Of a DNA stretch of 64,000 nt, positions 58,828-64,000 are shown piece by piece (position 1 is the stretch's first letter; each line of letters starts with the position of its first letter). This DNA is from Bacteroidia bacterium (GTDB lineage: Bacteria > Bacteroidota > Bacteroidia > M30B66): the NCBI GenBank assembly GCA_965279035.1, contig OZ257142.1:128001-192000 (forward strand). Reading direction: 5' to 3'. The translations under genes and the position numbers were made by a program. A model generated the notes under the pieces. It did not search any database. It was not told where the DNA came from and worked only from the letters and a program-made list of their open reading frames with translations.

Positions 58828-60285
58828 TTAGCTTAACAAAGAGCGCATTGAAACGTGTTTTTCAATTTTACTTAAAAGCTCGCTAATCTCAATTCGTTCT
58901 TGGATCATCGAATCGCGATGACGAATAGTAACTGTATTGTTTTCAAGCGTTTCGTGATCAACCGTAACACAGAAAGGCGTTCCTATTGCATCATGCCGAC
59001 GATAGCGTTTTCCAATGGCGTCTTTTTCTTCGTAATGGCAGCGATATGAAGGTTTAAGGATATCCATTATTTCGCGTGCTTTTTCGGGAAGACCATCCTT
59101 TTTAGTTAAAGGTAAAATAGCCACTTTGAATGGTGCTAACTGCGGCGGAAGCGCCAATACTGTGCGGATTTCCTTCTTTTCACCTTCACCAATTTCTTCT
59201 TCTTGGTAAGCATTGATAAGCGTTAATAAAAACATCCGATCAAGTCCGATAGAGGTTTCTATCACGTAAGGAATATAGTTTTGATTGATTTCCGGATCGA
59301 AGTATTGCATCTTTTTCCCCGAAAATTCCTGGTGTTGCTTTAGATCAAAATCTGTACGTGAGTGAATTCCTTCAACTTCTTTAAAGCCAAAAGGGAATTC
59401 GAATTCGATATCGGTTGCAGCATTGGCATAGTGTGCTAGTTTGATGTGATCATGAAAGCGGTATTTTGAAGGAGAAGTTCCTAAAGCCAAATGCCATTTC
59501 AATCGAGTTTCTTTCCATTTAGCAAACCATTCCATTTCGGTTCCAGGTCGAACGAAAAACTGCATTTCCATTTGTTCGAATTCACGCATACGCATGATAA
59601 ATTGACGAGCAATGATTTCGTTCCGAAAGGCTTTTCCTATTTGAGCTATCCCGAAAGGAATCTTCATTCGCCCGCTTTTTTGGACGTTTAGAAAATTCAC
59701 AAATATCCCTTGAGCAGTTTCAGGACGTAGGTAAACAACATCTGTATCATCGGCTAAAGAACCCATTTGTGTGCTGAACATGAGGTTGAACTGACGTACA
59801 TCGGTCCAGTTGCGAGTTCCGCTTATTGGACAAACAATCTCGTGTTCCACAATGAGATCGTGCATAGCGTTTAGGTCATTGTCGTTGAGCGCTTTGTTCA
59901 TTGCAGCTTCCAACTCCGCAGCCTTATCGCTTTTGCCTTTTTTCTCATACTTCTCAATTTGTTCTTCCAAAAGCTGATCAGCACGATAACGTTTCTTAGA
60001 ATCTTTGTTATCAATCATCGGATCGCTAAAACCATCCACGTGTCCGGAGGCCTTCCATACTTTGGGATGCATGAAAATGGCAGAATCGATTCCTACAATA
60101 TTCTCATTCATCTGCACCATCGATTTCCACCAGTATTCCTTGATGTTGTTTTTCATTTCAACACCATTTTGGCCGTAATCGTAAACGGCTCCAAGTCCAT
60201 CGTAAATTTCGGATGATTGAAATACGAAACCGTATTCTTTGGCGTGGGCGGTGACTTTTTTAAAGAGATCGTCCGGTTGAGACAT
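58828..60285 (-). CDS. glyQS: Glycine--tRNA ligase (alpha2 type)
   Basis: SEIYDG..YDYG, ASGHVDGFSDP, YLRPETAQG, FEQMEMQFF, IGKRYRRHDAIGTP. Confidence 0.96.
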   Translation of the reverse strand: MSQPDDLFKKVTAHAKEYGFVFQSSEIYDGLGAVYDYGQNGVEMKNNIKEYWWKSMVQMNENIVGIDSAIFMHPKVWKASGHVDGFSDPMIDNKDSKKRYRADQLLEEQIEKYEKKGKSDKAAELEAAMNKALNDNDLNAMHDLIVEHEIVCPISGTRNWTDVRQFNLMFSTQMGSLADDTDVVYLRPETAQGIFVNFLNVQKSGRMKIPFGIAQIGKAFRNEIIARQFIMRMREFEQMEMQFFVRPGTEMEWFAKWKETRLKWHLALGTSPSKYRFHDHIKLAHYANAATDIEFEFPFGFKEVEGIHSRTDFDLKQHQEFSGKKMQYFDPEINQNYIPYVIETSIGLDRMFLLTLINAYQEEEIGEGEKKEIRTVLALPPQLAPFKVAILPLTKKDGLPEKAREIMDILKPSYRCHYEEKDAIGKRYRRHDAIGTPFCVTVDHETLENNTVTIRHRDSMIQERIEISELLSKIEKHVSMRSLLS

Positions 60286-60326
60286 AATAAAAGATTGTTG
60301 GGATGAATGAATGAGGTGGTAAAAGA

Positions 60327-60836
60327 TTAATTATCAGAAAGTAGTTCTCGTTTTTTGCGGCTACGTTCGATCGACTTCATATAGGTTTCAACATTAACGT
60401 AGCTTAAGGTAAAGCGCACGGCCGATTTGAAGTTCTCAATGGCTTTGTTATAGTCCTGTTTTAACTCGTAAAGAATTCCAAATTCGTTGTAGATAGCGGC
60501 TTTGTCGGTACCGGGAACGAGGATGGCTTTGTTAAGCAAGTCTTCGAGGTCGTCGTATTTTCCTAATGAAGAAAGAACTATGCTGAGATTCAGGTAAACA
60601 GGAGAATAATCGGGATTATACGCTAAACATTGACGATACATGTTTTCGGCACGAGTGTAGTCTTTCAGTTTTGTTTCATACACCCAACCGAGGTGATTGT
60701 ATGCTTTTCCAAAATCAGGAGCTTGAGCAATAATTCCTTCTAACAAGGCAACAGCATCGGCTATTTTATTGTTGCGAATGAGATCATCGGCTTCAAAAAG
60801 CATGTCTTCGAATTCGAGGTTTTCGTATGCTGACAT
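60327..60836 (-). CDS. Tetratricopeptide repeat protein
   Basis: TPR-like helices (PDFGKAYNHLG, YNEFGILY..YNKAIENF). Confidence 0.8.
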   Translation of the reverse strand: MSAYENLEFEDMLFEADDLIRNNKIADAVALLEGIIAQAPDFGKAYNHLGWVYETKLKDYTRAENMYRQCLAYNPDYSPVYLNLSIVLSSLGKYDDLEDLLNKAILVPGTDKAAIYNEFGILYELKQDYNKAIENFKSAVRFTLSYVNVETYMKSIERSRKKRELLSDN

Positions 60837-60898
60837 AGAGAATAGATTAGCGGGTGCAAACCTAAGGAATTTGAAGGAGAGCTATGTACCTTTGCCGC

Positions 60899-61477
60899 AT
60901 GCTGATTGTAGGAGATATTTTGGTGTCGGAAGACATTCTAGAAAAGAAGTTTGTGTGTGATCTTAATGCTTGCAAAGGAGCCTGTTGTGTTCAAGGAGAT
61001 GCAGGAGCGCCTTTGGCAGATGATGAAACGGGGATATTAGAGGAAGAGTACGAACATTTCAAATCGTATATCCGACAAGAAGGTCAAGAGGCTGTTTTGA
61101 GAGATGGTGTTTTTACGATTGATTCGGATGGAGATATTGTAACTCCATTAATTGATGGAAAGGAATGCGCCTATACCGTTTTTGATGCTCAAGGAATTGC
61201 AGCATGTGGAATTGAGAAAGCTTGGCTCGATGGTAAAACTCGATTTAGAAAACCAGTTTCGTGTCATTTGTATCCCATTCGAGTTAAGAAGCTGGTAGAT
61301 ATTGATGCGCTGAATTATCACACCTGGGACATTTGCAAACCAGCATGTACCTGTGGTTCAACACTCAAAGTTCCTGTATATCGTTTTTTAAAAGATGCAC
61401 TCATCCGAGCATATGGAAGTGAATGGTTTGAGCAGTTGGAAATAATAGCTCAAGAATGGGGAAAAACACCCTTGTAG
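60899..61477 (+). CDS. DUF3109-family Cys-rich protein
   Basis: FVCDLNACKGACCVQGDAGAPL, KPVSCHLYPIR; ATG 60899 follows TACCTTTG at 60887-60894. Confidence 0.85.
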   Translation: MLIVGDILVSEDILEKKFVCDLNACKGACCVQGDAGAPLADDETGILEEEYEHFKSYIRQEGQEAVLRDGVFTIDSDGDIVTPLIDGKECAYTVFDAQGIAACGIEKAWLDGKTRFRKPVSCHLYPIRVKKLVDIDALNYHTWDICKPACTCGSTLKVPVYRFLKDALIRAYGSEWFEQLEIIAQEWGKTPL

Positions 61478-61873
61478 ATGAATGTTTTTTCTTCATAGGC
61501 AAAGCATTCTTAACATGCAAATGGACTAGTATAAATTCTCTGTGACCGACTTGTTAACTCATCATTAACTATCAAATTAACAAGCGCTTGTCATGTTTAT
61601 AACTCGATTATCGGGTATATTCTGGAACCTTAGTCTGGCAGCTGTTTTAACTGATAATCAATGGCTCCTAAGGATGTAGCTCAAATGTTAAAAAGTGCAT
61701 CCAAATGTTAACAAAAACGAGTTGTGAGAAGCCCCCTTCCGAACCATTTTTGTGAAGTACGATTTTCCTACCTGTCTTAGCGATATCTCTCTGTATAAAA
61801 GCCACTTAGCTTTTTGAGAACTATGCCTGCCAGAAGCAAAATCGCAACTAACTGATTATCAAGACAGAGCAAA

Positions 61874-62899
61874 ATGGACAACGTTTTACCTACGAAAATA
61901 ACGAGTGAAGTCGATCTAATGAACAATGTAATAGCAGACGAACCGATATTGCAGGAAAACAAGGACCGTTTTGTATTGTTTCCTATTAAACATACCGACA
62001 TCTGGCAGATGTACAAGCAAGCGGAAGCTAGTTTTTGGACGGCGGAAGAGATTGATTTACATGCCGATTTAACGGATTGGGAAAACAAGTTGACTCCTGA
62101 TGAAAAACATTTCATCAAGCATGTATTGGCATTTTTCGCAGCCAGCGATGGAATTGTGAATGAGAATTTGGCGATTAACTTCATGAAAGAAGTTCAATAT
62201 CCTGAGGCGCGTTGTTTTTATGGATATCAGATTATGTGTGAGAATATTCATTCGGAAACCTATTCCTTATTGATCGACACATACATCAACGATACCGCTG
62301 AGAAGAATCGTTTGTTTCATGCGGTTGAAAACGTTCCGGCAGTTGGTCGCAAGGCAGATTGGGCTTTACGTTGGATTGAGAATGGAACATTTGCAGAACG
62401 CTTAGTTGCTTTTGCTTCAGTTGAAGGGATTTTCTTCTCCGGTTCATTTTGCTCTATCTTCTGGTTGAAGAAACGTGGTTTGATGCCGGGATTGAGTTTC
62501 TCGAATGAATTGATTTCCCGTGACGAAGGATTGCATTGCGATTTTGCCTGCTTGATTTACAAACAACTTCGTCATCAATTAAGCGAAGCGCGTGTAAAAG
62601 AGATTGTTTCAAGTGCGGTAGAAATAGAAAAAGATTTTGTGAGCGACGCCATTCCAGTTTCACTTATTGGAATGAATGCAGAGTTGATGTGTCAATACAT
62701 TGAGTTTGTAGCAGATCGCTTATTAATTGAATTGGGTTGCACCAAAATATACAATGCTAGCAATCCGTTTGATTTTATGGAGATGATTTCCCTTCAGGGC
62801 AAAACCAACTTTTTTGAAAAGAAAGTAGGGGAATATCAAAAAGCCGGAGTAATGGGCAAACAGATCGACAATACCATTCGTTTCGACGAAGATTTTTGA
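61874..62899 (+). CDS. nrdB: Class Ia ribonucleotide reductase beta subunit
   Basis: [27 protein letters not shown] (radical Tyr), [15 protein letters not shown]. Confidence 0.96.
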   Translation: MDNVLPTKITSEVDLMNNVIADEPILQENKDRFVLFPIKHTDIWQMYKQAEASFWTAEEIDLHADLTDWENKLTPDEKHFIKHVLAFFAASDGIVNENLAINFMKEVQYPEARCFYGYQIMCENIHSETYSLLIDTYINDTAEKNRLFHAVENVPAVGRKADWALRWIENGTFAERLVAFASVEGIFFSGSFCSIFWLKKRGLMPGLSFSNELISRDEGLHCDFACLIYKQLRHQLSEARVKEIVSSAVEIEKDFVSDAIPVSLIGMNAELMCQYIEFVADRLLIELGCTKIYNASNPFDFMEMISLQGKTNFFEKKVGEYQKAGVMGKQIDNTIRFDEDF

Positions 62900-62939
62900 T
62901 AGAAAAAGACATTTTTTTAAAAAACCTAACTAAAAAACC

Positions 62940-64000
62940 ATGTATGTAATCAAGCGGGACGGCCGACAGGAGTCTATTAAGTTTGACAAGATTACGGCTC
63001 GTATACAGAAACTCTGTTACGGTTTAGAGCCCGTACACGTGGATCCAGTAAGTGTTGCCATGAAAGTAATTCAGGGGATTTACCCTGGAGTAACCACCGA
63101 AGCTCTCGACAATCTAGCTGCAGAAACTGCCGCATCGATGACAGTGAAGCATCCGGATTACGCCCTTTTGGCATCGCGTATTGCGATTTCCAACCTACAC
63201 AAAACCACCAAGAAGTCGTTTTCTGAAACGATGAAGGATTTGTACTTCTTCGTTGATCCAAAAACCAATCAGGCGGCACCTTTGATTGCAGATGATGTGT
63301 ATGATATCATCTTGAAAAATGCAGAATTATTAGATTCTACAATCATCTACGATCGGGATTTTGGCTACGATTATTTTGGATTCAAAACCTTAGAAAAATC
63401 CTACCTGCTGAAAATCAACAATGCAGTTGTTGAACGACCACAACATATGTTGATGCGTGTTTCGGTTGGAATTCACAAAGATGATATTGAGAATGCGATC
63501 AAAACCTACGATTTGATGTCGGAACGTTGGTTTACGCATGCAACTCCAACACTTTTCAATGCTGGAACACCGAAGCCTCAAATGTCGAGCTGTTTCCTCA
63601 TTACGATGAAGGACGACAGTATTGATGGGATTTACGATACACTAAAACAGTGTGCGAAAATTTCCCAAAGTGCTGGTGGTATTGGATTGAGTATTCATAA
63701 TGTACGAGCAACGGGTTCTTACATCCGCGGAACCAATGGAACATCCAATGGAATTGTTCCAATGTTGCGTGTTTTCAATGATACCGCCCGTTATGTAGAT
63801 CAAGGTGGAGGAAAACGAAAAGGATCATTTGCAGTTTATATTGAACCTTGGCATGCCGATATTTTCGATTTTCTGAATTTGAAAAAGAATCACGGGAAAG
63901 AAGAAGTTCGTGCTCGCGACCTATTTTATGCTCTTTGGATTCCAGATCTTTTTATGAAGCGTGTGGAAGAAGAAGGAGAATGGTCTTTATTCTGTCCAAA
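62940..64000 (+). CDS. nrdA: Class Ia ribonucleotide reductase alpha subunit (truncated by window end; absent from ORF track)
   Basis: Manual translation [29 protein letters not shown] (ATP cone), [36 protein letters not shown]. Confidence 0.95.
   Translation, partial: MYVIKRDGRQESIKFDKITARIQKLCYGLEPVHVDPVSVAMKVIQGIYPGVTTEALDNLAAETAASMTVKHPDYALLASRIAISNLHKTTKKSFSETMKDLYFFVDPKTNQAAPLIADDVYDIILKNAELLDSTIIYDRDFGYDYFGFKTLEKSYLLKINNAVVERPQHMLMRVSVGIHKDDIENAIKTYDLMSERWFTHATPTLFNAGTPKPQMSSCFLITMKDDSIDGIYDTLKQCAKISQSAGGIGLSIHNVRATGSYIRGTNGTSNGIVPMLRVFNDTARYVDQGGGKRKGSFAVYIEPWHADIFDFLNLKKNHGKEEVRARDLFYALWIPDLFMKRVEEEGEWSLFCP

Noticed and set aside
61777-63581. Minus-strand ORFs over nrdB/nrdA
   Set aside because: Antisense to well-conserved ribonucleotide reductase genes; no intron or intein seen in the visible part of nrdA

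Overview
This 64-kb window is AT-rich bacterial chromosome, almost certainly from a Bacteroidota genome: it has TAnnTTTG -7 promoter boxes, T9SS C-terminal sorting domains, and the DUF4271-hemD and rnpA-yidD-S41 gene orders. Most of it is housekeeping or envelope genes (rfbA, polyprenyl synthase, hemD, rnpA, purQ/purS, lptB, dxs, glycine-tRNA ligase, nrdB-nrdA). A large T9SS block at 26-49.6 kb holds a PorV/PorU-like pair, an M43 protease, a 3382-aa repetitive surface protein and further cargo. The stand-out signal is at 50.4-53.4 kb. A lone HUH/Y1 (IS200-like TnpA, RAYT-like) gene is flanked on both sides by tandem ~62-65 bp units, each made of a 20-bp palindrome (CCYCGGACT-GA-AGTCCGRGG), a G-rich tract and a conserved GAGCTGRATTTTAGAT box. 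The terminal inverted doublet of this array recurs 2940 bp away, where it has been built into the 3' ends of two chromosomal genes. No tRNA, rRNA or CRISPR array was recognised. All family assignments come from motif recognition by eye; no database search was run.
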